In this document: one piece after another, positions 52,911-64,000 of the stretch
Position numbering within the stretch: position 1 is the stretch's first letter
How the letters are laid out: each line of letters begins with the position of its first letter
NCBI GenBank assembly: GCA_036172245.1
Contig: JAYWIR010000022.1
Span: forward strand, 2,790,001-2,854,000
Length of the DNA stretch: 64,000 bases
Source: Raillietiella orientalis
Taxonomy: Eukaryota
Reading direction: 5' to 3'
Notes under the pieces: generated by a model
Told to the model about the DNA's origin: nothing
The model's database searches: none
Seen by the model: only the letters and a program-made list of their open reading frames with translations
Position numbers and translations under genes: made by a program

Positions 52911-54130
52911 AAAAACAATCTAAAGGACTGTCGAGACCTCACTTCATTTTTCAGGATAGTTATTTGCAAGTAACTCAGTGGTGAAAATCCCTATTCAATA
53001 CAAATAAGTTGACAATTGCTTTTGTATGACTGATTTATCATAAAAGTTAGGATTCGCTTATTTATTTTTGCGTGCAACGGAGCTTTATCTTGGCTCGTTC
53101 CTTTATGGAACTCATGATTGCCAAAATAAAGATTGACATGACTGTTTATCAGAATCCCTTATGGAGCAATATCCCTTTGATGTTGGTAGGTTAGATGAAT
53201 AGCAGGACAGTCTTTCAAATTTGAAAAATAGAAGGAATGCGTGAGGCTATTCTTACTTGAAAACAGAGCGGCATTTCAGAAAGGTAGTTAAAGAGAAAGG
53301 TCTGCAAAGTGAAGACACATTGACATGAATGCCAGTAATTATTGCCATAAGGGCCTGCTTTTTAAGGAACCAACGTATCTACACACAAATTCCACAGTTC
53401 CTACGACTTAGTTCTGTCGCTTTATGAGAAAGTCGATGGTCCCAGCCATTATTTGCAACGGACAAACTACTGAGAGACGTCATTGAGGATTAGTTGGAAA
53501 GCTGTATAAGACATAGTAAGTGAAAATAGCGGAATAATTTAATTTTATATTTTAAGAAAAATCTTGAGGGACCCGGAAACATATTCATATAGTTCGTATC
53601 GTTTTTCTAAGTTAATGGACAATCTTATGCAACACTTCATCCCAGTTTCTGAGCACTGGAGCAAGCAAGCACACTTTTCCCCTCCCATATCCTTTGAATA
53701 AACATACCCAGGATTTACTTTGTACAGAGGAAATGTTGATTTCGCTATTAGAGTAATTTAACCATTTTCTGACACTAACGGGAATCACCATGGAGAAGAA
53801 TCAGACGATTACTCCATTCTGATTTGCGAGTCTGCAAACAGTTCTTGGGAGAGCAGGTGCCATCGATCATGCCTCCGATCGGGATTCCTGAGCGTTTCGA
53901 ACCAGTGCCGCAAAAGTTCCTTCTTGGAATCTATCCCAAGTTGGATTCCACCTTGATAAAACAGAAAAAAAATGAAATTTGCATAACATCATGCCAAGTC
54001 AGATTACTATATTGGCGATGATCGCAAGGAGTCAAAGTGTCAAATCTCTACCAAAAATAGGGATCGGAGATCAAAAAATCAGAAACTATTGTCAATTACA
54101 TAATCTGAAAGTTCCGACTCTCCAGTACCA

Positions 54131-54438
54131 TGAGAGGTCAGTGAACCCATGACCAATAATTTACAAAAGCATAAAAAAACAAGGCAAAATCATTTTGAAA
54201 CAAAATGGTTAGCAGTTTTTTTGTGCCTTTGTAAATTATTGGTCCCTGTACGGAACCCACCGCCTGTACAAACTCTTTTGATTTAATGCTGCAAATACTG
54301 CATGATTCTTTTGATTCAAGCTTATACTTTAAAGTGACTGTTTCTTGCACGCATGCTAAAGCCAAGTCTTTTCTTTCATGACTTGCTTATGCCTCAAAAA
54401 AGAACTACTGGCGAATGAACAACTCGTGCCATCACAAA
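54131..54438 (+). repeat. Dispersed repeat copy 2, with an internal long hairpin (MITE-like)
   Basis: Homologous to 44014-44292. 54151-54180 and 54215-54244 are inverted repeats (28/30 complementary). Confidence 0.85.
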
Positions 54439-55449
54439 CCCTTGACTTAAAGCAATGTGATAGCCGCCATAATCGAATGAAACAAACATTACAGGTAAAC
54501 ACAACGCATAAGCTGGCATCTGCCCTTTATGATCTCCCTCCACGAGGTCCAAAGTCTCTGGTAACTGAGCTACCCCGCTTTCCCTACTCGGTTCCTCGAC
54601 GGTCCGTCGGCTCTTTTTTTTACCAACTGATGTCTCCTTTAGGGAGTCGAGCTACTACTTTCACGATTCCTTTGGGACAACGCAGCACGGGGTTTTCAAG
54701 AATATTTGACTGTGGAAGAAGTGCGTGGTTTGATGCCAAGTGGTTTGGATGATGAGAAACTACCGCTGTATAATTATAATAATCATAAGAAGAATTCCAG
54801 GCAAAAGCAAATTTTCCTGAGTAAACGAGTTCGTTACCTTGCTCTGGTTACATTAGGAAAAGGAATCCTAACAAAAAAATAATACTTATGCTGGGCATAT
54901 ACTTTATAATCTAGTAATAGAAAAGCTAAATAATAGAAATGTCTAAGTTCTCTAAAAAAAAAAAAAAATAGTATTACTTTTTTGTCATTTGCATCCACCA
55001 TGCTTATGCGTATTCCCTACTCGTTAATATAGGCTTCCTATGTTTTTTTAATTTGTGTTTTCTTTCGAGAAATACGAAAAGTGTTAAAGCATATTTTCCT
55101 TTATTTTGGAAAAATGGCATTTGCAGAGTGATCTAAATTCATCAGATGCATATAACTAATAAACTAATCTAATCTTATCTGAAATATTGAAAACATTGAC
55201 TGAAACATTACAAATCAAATGTTAATGTCACCTAAGTAATCTTTTTTCATGTAGTCTTTATCCCACACAGTGATTTCTAAAGTTTTCCTTGGAAGTTCAG
55301 CAAGCTTTATTTCGAAAACAAATTCTTCGTTGAACTCGGGATTCAGGGTTTTCCATTTAGTGGACGTTTTGAATTTTCTGCATAGAGGGTCGGGTTTAAG
55401 CTGCCTGCAACAGACAAATTAAAAACAAATCAAAAGTTTACGTCACTGT

Positions 55450-56430
55450 GCTATCGAGACATCATATGAGTTTTGATTCTCATTCGATCAAGATTCCTGG
55501 GGAGCCGATCCATCATGCAAACCGTTGGAACGACCCCCATCTGAATCTTCTGTGCTTTGTGTCCCTGTGAGATAGGTTCCAGGAACACTACGTGTAAACG
55601 TGTGATGTGCATCGATTGCACCTTGAACCACTTGAATCGTAGGTCTGGAGCTGGGTACACGCCTCACATTAAAGTCCATCGGTCATATGCACTCTCTCAC
55701 AGGAGATGTGGATCAAAGATGTTTTGGAAGGAGATGTGGCAACATCGAGTGTCCTTAGAAATCTCGTTTGGGTTTCAACGTTAATTATTCTACTCTTGAA
55801 AAATGACAAGGTACACGGCTAAACCTGGTTTCGCGGGGGCAATATGAATAAAATATCTTTCTTTCGTAGTCAACACGCAGAGGACGCCTGCGATTTTTTT
55901 TTTGCGCTGCAGTCTAATTAATGTAATGGATTTGATTTATGGTGCATGTTTCGTGTCGTCACAAATCACTGCTTGCTCCGTGGCCACACAACACACACAC
56001 CAGAAATTTCGCAGTTTGCCGAACTCTGTCAATAAAGAAGGCCCGTGGAGTTTAATTTTAGTTTGCCTTTTGGCAACATGCTGTTGGGAGATTCTTGTTT
56101 CGAGGTGCTCACTGGCAATGAAAGTCTTCAATAACTCCAGCAAGGCCCGTTGGAGAGAAAGCTGTGGACCAGGGAAGCATTTGTGTACAGATACTAAAAA
56201 ACGGAAACCCAAATAGGACGGATACCGCGACTATGAGGACTGGGAGCCGGAAAAAAAACAGAGCACGAGGCTTGGGCTGATGAAGTCATGAAAGCTAAAT
56301 CATCGGCAAACTTCGGCTCGGACACGGTGATCGAATGGTCTGTGGATTGATTTCCCAAGTGTGAGGAAACTCCGATCAACGGATGCCAAGATAGTTGCGT
56401 AGAATGTAAGGGGCTTCGCGGAAACACGTA
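55450..56430 (-). mobile_element. Decayed RTE/BovB-like LINE RT fragment
   Basis: SITVSEPKFADDLAF carries the catalytic FADD motif (56299-56310), followed by FGKLRNFW and a WTL motif in RTE order. Multiple frameshifts. Confidence 0.55.
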
Positions 56431-56685
56431 AGCAGTCTAAAAGCTATAAGGGAAACCTGGAAGCGAGAAAAAGGGGCAATAGAAAGGAATCGAAACAACC
56501 CCATAAAAGTCGGAGGTACTAACTTGCTACGGGACAGTCACAGCAGAACCTGATGACTGAGAAATGCTATGTGATCTGTGTTTCCGAGCTTCCCTCAGTG
56601 AATACTGCAAGGCAGACGTCGGAAGACACAGCTGAAGCTCAAAAAAACGCTCTAAGCATAGAGAAAAGCAAAAATCGTAAGAGAT

Positions 56686-56860
56686 TTGAGACTATTCGGG
56701 AAGGATTACATGACCCGATCCTCAAATGCAATCAGAAAAGACCTCAAGAACGCTACGACGCAGTGGTTCCATGAGAGGCAGTGGTACATCCGAGGAATCG
56801 AAGCATCGCCACGTAAGAGGCAGATATGCGTGTCCCTACACGTGGGGCCCTACGTCTCCT
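56686..56860 (+). mobile_element. Mariner transposase C-terminal remnant
   Basis: DLKNATTQWFHERQWYIRGIEASPRKRQICVSLHVGPYV resembles the mariner C-terminus ELK.AV..WF....FY.RGI..L..RW.KC....G.Y. Confidence 0.5.
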
Positions 56861-57487
56861 ACTTGATCGAGCACCACACTGGTGCCACATCATACTGGTG
56901 CCTCACTTTCTAAGAAGACAACTGCAATGTTTCTAGGTAAATTTAAAAATCGCCTTTCTTCGATGCAGTTCTAGCTCGAGGAGAAACTAGGAAACGATGC
57001 TCAGATTTTCCGGTATTTTCATCCACCTTTTTCCAGATGTTTCATTATGGTTATACATGATTTTGGCTGCCGTGAGAAGTATAAGGAAATCTTCATCTAA
57101 TAAATCATCTAATAAACTATCATTGCTGTCACTGACTTGTGAATGATCATTTTACGACCTATTTTACGAGGAGGGAGTGGGTGGGAATGCGGAATCCTGT
57201 CGAAATTGAAACAAAATTCAAAGCGTTTTTATCAAGCGGATAAGATTGAAAAATGAGAGAAGGAAATTTAAGCGCCTATTCTTCGAACCACGCCCTCATC
57301 CCTCGAAACTGCAAGGAAGACCAATTAAGTGGACAAATGAATCAATGCGCGCTCTGATGAGACGAAAATCAGACTCTTCAGCGTTCGAGTATTTTCGAGA
57401 GTTGCCACTTGGTCACACAGCAATGGTTTTTCAACCCTCTCGAACTTCTGATTACTGCACTTCATGGAAGGAAAAAAGGATGACTCA

Positions 57488-57661
<174 letters not shown>

Positions 57662-58132
57662 TCACATGACGTTCTGCGGTAAAGTTAGTTTACTAACCTC
57701 ACTGTTCACAGGTGAGCTTTCAAGATCGATGTTGAAATGTCGTCTTTGCTTGTGGCGCAATTTATTCAGAGGCAATTTAATCTCTCCCATACTTGCATCT
57801 CTTTCCTCATCTATAAAGAGCATCTGTGAGATAAAAGGTCACACTGCATCAACGAGCGCTCTCAATATAATTGGATCTGCCTGATTCTTACTCTTTATGC
57901 AACCTCTTGGAAAGTACAGTTTATCATCGAGGGTGGTACCTCTGCATTCAGGTACTTATGATGCAGCATTATTAACTGAATTACGAAAAAGTGTACTGAA
58001 TTAGGTAGAACTGAATACATCGAGGATGAGAAATAAATGTACTGTCAAATGAGACATGGGAAAATGGAATTATAGTAGGTCAAAGGTGCCAATGATGCAC
58101 ATTGCATGTGCATCAAAGTGTGTCCACTTTGC

Positions 58133-58136
<4 letters not shown>

Positions 58137-58166
<30 letters not shown>
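58137..58166. repeat. (TG)15 microsatellite
   Basis: Read directly from the sequence. Confidence 0.95.
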
Positions 58167-58168
<2 letters not shown>

Positions 58169-60619
58169 ACGTGAGCATGGTCATGAATTCACATGGACTG
58201 CAAATCTCCATCAGCATTCATTCTTTGAAGTTCAATTTGCTGTTAGTGTAAGCAATTGTGGGACCGTTTGCTTTGCATCTCGTCATTGCTTCAACGTCAG
58301 CGTGGGTCTACATAGACATACAGGTCGACGGCTGGCTTCGTAAAACCGGAGGGGGTGTCAACAAATGGGATTTCTTGATTTTCCCGATTCATGACGTTTT
58401 TGAGGGGGAAAAAGCAGGCGCCGCAAACCTGAATCCCTGCGCGAAATGGAAAGCTACGCATTGGCGTGCGCACCGAGAGGCCGAACCGCCAGCAAGCGGC
58501 AAGGGAATTAACGGCTAGCCACGTCCGTCAGAACTGAGCAGCGAGACCTGACAGATCGAACGCCTACGAAAGAGTCCGCGAGCCCGGTCCTCGAGGAAGG
58601 AGTCTGAGAAGCAGCAGTTTCGCTTCGAGAGGAGGGAGGCGCTTGGGGAAGAGCAGCTCGCATGCGGCTGCCATCCTCCCGAAGTCTCTCATTCTCTTGA
58701 GAAGCGGAACTCTTGTTCCAGCTCTCACCGTGATCCCAGTGCTCGCTGCTGGAACAGTCCTGCTCCTTTCGCGGCGGGAGACGGGGCGCATCCCTCGAAT
58801 AAGGTGTTTTGGCTTTGGCCGCCGGGATCCGACGTGACCTTTGAAAAACGCTGCGAAGAAACTTCGTCCGCCGACACTTTCCCGACCCCCGAGACGTAAG
58901 ATGGAACTGTGAAAGGAAGCGAATCACCACCAGGGCAGAAGGGAAACCCAGACTTCGTTTCCGGGATCACTGTAACGCGGAAACTGGAGCAGGAGGTCTG
59001 CGCAGGCAAGGACTCAGCTTTTGACCCGTGAGTCCTGGCAAGTCCAAAACCGACCGCAGAGTGTGAACGACCACGGCTCCGAAACGAAGGACGCCCGCTG
59101 ATCCGTTTCCGCTTCCTGGGTGGAAGGAGTGAGTCTGTGCCTGTAACCTCGCTGGTTACGTCAAAATCCTCCTCGGTCCGCGGATGTCGAAAGCAGCACT
59201 TCCATCCTCGTTTGATTTGCGATTTACCCAGGAGCGTCACCACGATGACGAAAGAAATCTCCGGCACGGAGGCGCTCCCCGAGACCACTTGAAAGAAGTC
59301 TGCATTCTCCTAGGATCTCGAAGTGCCGAGCGATGATAAGCAGGAAAGCAGGAGACGTCGCTCGCGGAGACGTACGGCGTTTTCCAGAAAGAGAAGGGGT
59401 TCACGGTCAACCGTTTTCGTTACGACGTTCTGCTAGCGAAGGACCGCCACCTCCAAGTGAGCACTTTGAAGGAGGGGGACGTTTCCTTTGACCTTCGATC
59501 TTCGATGATCAGTTCCCCCCCCTCTCCTCTCTCCTCTGCTTCTCGTGACCTTCGGAATTTCGAGGATTTCGAACGTCCCCCTTCCCTTCCCTTCCTTCCC
59601 CCTCCCCTCCCGCCTTTTCCCAGGAGCTTCTCGGCTATCCCGTTTTTTTTCGTAGTCGTGATTCCCGGTTGTTCTTCTAAAGACGCGAGTTTCCCATCGA
59701 ACGATCCCTTCTCCTCCAGCGCTAATCTTCCCAGGCGGACGCATCCTTCAACCCAGGTGCCGGCCGACTGGCAGGGCCTGCAAGCAAACACCGGCGCGCA
59801 ACGCGGATTTTCCTGACACGCAGAGAACACGAGTTGCCATGTCATGCACGATAAGAAGCCTACTAGCCTGAGACTGAGGGAAAACATCTGCTGCTAACGG
59901 GAAGGCTGGGGGGGGTGGCCATGCGTGCGGTCGGGATCACTCCCGGAGGGTTCTCTGAAAACTCCGGTAGGAACCGGCAGGCGGGAAACAGAGCAGCATA
60001 AAGTAAAGCGAGACCGAAGCGAAGAGGAAGGAGGAGGAGGATCCGTGCCAGGAGTCGATTTCGAGAGCCACGCGCCACGCGGCAAGAATCTTGCCACCTG
60101 CTGCCACTTTTCCCAGGTTCTGGAGGCGTGCCGACGGGATAGTTCTGCGGATGGACGGTTCCCGCTTTCGGGTGCTTTTCCGAGCGGTCCGCACCTCCGA
60201 CGCCGGTCAGACACGACCCATACACGCGCGCCGAATAGTGGCGCGGCAGGGCCACATCTTCGCTATTTCCTGTGAGGGATCTTAACAGCAGAAAGGTGGG
60301 CCACTGCCGGTGCGGGGAAACGCCGCCTTTTCCTTTTTCCGAGGCGACTTTTCGCCGTCGTTCCCTCGAATGAACTCTGAACCCTTTGACCGCTCGCAAT
60401 CCCGAGTTCCAGTGAGGAAGACCCTTTGCGGAAGACCCGAGAGGGGAAACGTCAAGTTGCCGGGAGAGTTCAGCAAACGTCAGCTCGGAATTGGGCCGAA
60501 GGTTCTCCCGAGGACTGTTATCGGTGATCAGCGTGGTCGTTGGCAACGTGGGATGAGAGAGGCTCCAACCAGTGAATGGGCCCCATTCGTTGATCTTACG
60601 AGGGATCGACTGCTAAGCT

Positions 60620-61060
60620 GACGGTCTATATATCCCGCTCCGGAGCAGTCCCCGAGAACAACCAGCTGCTCTGCGGGACGACCCTTCTTCGCCTCAGGAC
60701 TGGGAATGTGCATCCAGAGAGCAGACATCTGCGTCGAGCGCCCAGCAGAAGCATCGGTGAATCTTTCATGAGCCTCTCCGGAGAGGCCTGACCGGATGCT
60801 GAAGCCAGGAGTGCGGATCGGAGGAGAACGCAAACCATCACCGTCTTCACGGCCACGCGGCATTTTTAAAAAGTGGTGCTTGGGCACGACGCGTTGCGAG
60901 GAGCGTCGCGCTTGCGAGGGATCCTCTTGAAAAAGAAGACGGGATCGGCCCAGCCATCCGCATCGATAGCCCACACGACCATTAGGGGTCCACGAAGCGA
61001 GCAGCTCTCGCACTCGGAGGACCGACTCCTGTCGATGACTTTGGAGCTGAAGACCAATCA
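60620..61060 (-). mobile_element. Decayed Tc1/mariner-superfamily transposase DDE fragment
   Basis: GPLMVVWAIDADGWADPVFF resembles SVMVWAAIS..G..PLVF. Downstream RSTQMSALW resembles DLNP.E.LW. Frameshifted. Confidence 0.4.
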
Positions 61061-63529
61061 TTCTTCTTCATTTCCCCTCGTTTCTTCCCTCTTTGCGCCC
61101 CCTGCATCTCCTCCGTGCTCTCTCTCTTCGTCCACTTTCACCATGTCTGACTACTTGTCCTCGTCACCCCCTTCAGACGCTGTCCGCTTGTAGAGTAAGA
61201 GATCTGGCTCAGTCGGCCTCCCGATCCCCTTTACCTCTTGGCTGATTGGCTCCATGGAGTCGCCCGGCGCAGGCAGTCTGAACCTCAGCCCCCCTCGACC
61301 CGTTTCCGCCTTCGGCGACGGGATGTCATAGAGCCCGCCTGGCGGCGTGGCGCTGCAAAGCGACCTCCCCTCCGGGAAGCGCGCTCGAGGCCTTCCGCTG
61401 CCTTGGAGACTTCGCTCCACCTGACTTGACCACCTTCTCCAAGGGAACCTCCGATCTGAGCGGGAGAAAGTCCTTCCTTTCCCCGCCTGCTGCTGGTCAT
61501 TTCCCTCATTTCCCTCCCACTTCTCTTCAAAGAGCGCCTGGAGCGATGCTCTCACTGAAAAGCCGCCTGCCGGTCTCTCCTTCGTCGTGGCGTGCATCCC
61601 TCCGTTGTTCGCGCACCTCTTCGAGACTGCTGCGTCGACACCGTCCGGTTCTCGATGCGAGGAGCATCGCTTCAGGACTGGGCTCTCCGGCTGCTGCCAG
61701 GTGTTTCCGGTAGTCCCTTGCTGGTGTCCTTGCTCTGGAGACGGCGTTCCCCCCTTCCGGATTGGCTCGTGACAGAATGGGAGACCGGGGGAGGGGGGTC
61801 ACCAGCGCTTCAGCCGCAATTCGTGATGCTTGCCCGCCCGCACCCTGCCGCGCATCGGGAGCGCGCAGCCGCTCGCTGCTGCTGCTGCGTGCTTTGATGC
61901 TCCCTGAGCGTTCGTTCCGCCCCCACGGACATCTGGCGCGTTCGGAAGGACCAAGCTCGTCTTCGTGGCAGCGCTCCCATCTCGACCGAAGCCCCTGTGG
62001 AAGAAGGACGGGCGCCTTGCCCTGGCGCTGATGCTGCGGAGCGATTCTTCATCGGGAGTACTCTGACGGCTTCTCTCTCTCCTCGTTTTCGCGTGTTTTC
62101 CTTCTTCTTCTCAGAGTAGACGGAAGCAGCGGGAACCCGCATCTTCCGGAACATCGAGCCCAACGACGTAATGTGCGGGAGGATCTCGCAAGGAAGGTCC
62201 CTACACTTGCGCGCGCGCTCCCGCTGCCGGCGAAGAGCGTCAAATCCGCACGCGATACCCGAGGGGATCGACAGAAGTAGGGTGGGGCAGTCGAATGGAG
62301 AGCACCCCCGCAAGAGCGAGCGTTCGGGCGCTGTTGGTTGAGCGCGTATCCCGTTTCGGTCGGCGCTCTCGAGTTTGGTCATCTGCCAATTCGGGGGTTC
62401 TGGGGGACACCCCCCTCTTCCCATTCCACCGATCCCCTTTCGAAGTCATCCCGAGAACCCTGCTCTCGGAGACACTCCACTGTCTTCTCGCTGCCCTTCT
62501 TCTGGATCGACCACTGGTTTTTAAAGCCACGCCCTCGGGTCCCTGGAGGCCGCACGTTCCCTTCGGATCGCCCCGAGCCACTCTATCGCTCCTAGACTTT
62601 CGTCAGGTGTCCTCTATGGGGCAGAAAGTTCACCTAGACCACCTTCTATGCGAACTCCGGGTGTGTGTGGGGGTGGGTCGAGAAGGGTTGGAGGAGGAGA
62701 GGTGGTTCCGTCAGTCAACGAGAGGGTGGCACCCAGAGAACGAAGGGCAGCAGCGCCCTTGGGGCAGTTCGACCGTCGCTTCTTCCCCGATGCCCGCGAG
62801 TGCGGAGATGGAGACAGGGGAAAAGGAACTGTCGACGGCAGAGCGGCGGGGGAAGGGGAGGGACTCGCAGGTCCCTGGTCGTTCCTGAGCGGGCCGCGGC
62901 ACACCGACTTTCGGGAGTTCGGGAGGGAGGGAGGTTCTAAACGCAAGATGATGCAGTGCGCGGTTCTCGATGAGCAGAAGCTCTGGTCCTTTCCGGCAGC
63001 CAGAAAGGGAAGAGAGGGAGGGAGAGCGCAAAGAAGCATCTGAGACGCCTGGCGGATCCAGATGCAGGGAGGCTGCAAGATCGTTTCTCTTGTTCGAGAG
63101 ATTCTCGAATCTAGAAGGTCAGGGAGAGAGAACAAGATGGAGCGTGGGAGGCGGCAAGACTCTGGAAAGATTTTTTCTCCCCCCCTCTCCCCCCCTTTAA
63201 CTCCGCACAGCCTCTTCGAAGGGGGCGGGGGTTGCGGGACCGGAAGCGGAACCCCTGCGAAGCAAGGAACCCGGCGGATGTATGCGGCGGCTTTCAGACG
63301 CGCGGCTGGGTGATGCCGCAGAGGTGCTTCTCCTCTTCTGGACCTTTCAAGTTCCTATGGAAGCTCTCCGTGGGTTCGCTGCCCGCCAGCGCCTGACGGG
63401 GATCTCCTGTGGCTCTCTGCCTCCCGTCTCCTCTCTGGGAACTGCGGAGGGGCGACCGGCGGCCAGCTGCACCTTCTGCGAGCGCCGAGGGGACGCAGTT
63501 GGAGAGCCAGCGATCCGATAGGAAGGGGA

Positions 63530-63940
63530 GAGGGGAGCCTCCCTCCCTCCTTGGCTGACTGTAGGAATTGTCAAGCCCCCGGTGGTTCGGTGTGACGAGG
63601 AGTCTGCGGTTTCTCCCTGCGTCCATGAGGAGTCCTGCCCTCTCTGGCACCTGTCACATGATTCGGGAATGTCCGGGGTGTGGCCCTGGATCAGCACTAC
63701 CGTCTGTCGAGAAGCCGCATTGGGCGTGTCTCGGCAACTGCCATGCTTGAATAGGTTGGGGATCATGCAGGGGCGCGAGGGGAGGAGCGTGGGTTTAGCC
63801 ACGCCTCCGGACGGGGTTTTAGGGTCAGTCCCAGCATAGGGAGACCGGGAGCAGCCCGAGGGAGCCATTTCTATCACATTGGAGAACATGAACAAAGAGG
63901 TGGGGGGGAAAGGTGACCATGGAAATGCATAGGTCTCCAA
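63530..63940 (-). mobile_element. Decayed RTE-like RT fragment
   Basis: TLLPS, QCGFSTDGSAD and RGLDNS occur in the order of RTE GITLLS, QCGFR.GRS..D and KAFD. Motif resemblance only. Confidence 0.3.
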
Positions 63941-64000
63941 GGTAACGAGAGGCGTTCCCGGAAAAAGAGGGCGAACCTAATTTCGAACTCCTCCTAGTCT

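Noticed and set aside
58300..64000. Long overlapping ORFs in the right GC block
   Set aside because: Same compositional artefact; only fragmentary TE-like motifs are visible.

Overview
Eukaryotic (protostome, probably arthropod) nuclear DNA. An AT-rich core (~12.5-55 kb) holds three spliced genes, reconstructed by hand with consistent splice phases: crumbs (+, 15805-30509, ~1890 aa, 22-23 exons; one junction ambiguous), Rab35 (-, 41499-31989, 200 aa, 5 coding exons) and NADPH-cytochrome P450 reductase (+, 49352-51737, 675 aa, 9 exons). The core is flanked by GC/CpG-rich blocks (~1-11.5 kb and ~58.3-64 kb) with no recognisable host genes. Their many overlapping ORFs look spurious, and they contain heavily decayed LINE and Tc1/mariner remnants. 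The most notable observations are: a mitochondrial ND2 insertion (NUMT) with an intact invertebrate-mito reading frame inside Rab35 intron 3; very short 38-53 nt introns with weak pyrimidine tracts; a 5'-to-3' CpG gradient in both convergent genes; a Rab35 ending in a single Cys; a possible 7-nt crumbs microexon; a perfect 44-bp palindrome; and a long hairpin inside a dispersed repeat. I found no evidence for a wholly new multi-gene system. All transposon calls rest on motif resemblance seen by eye.
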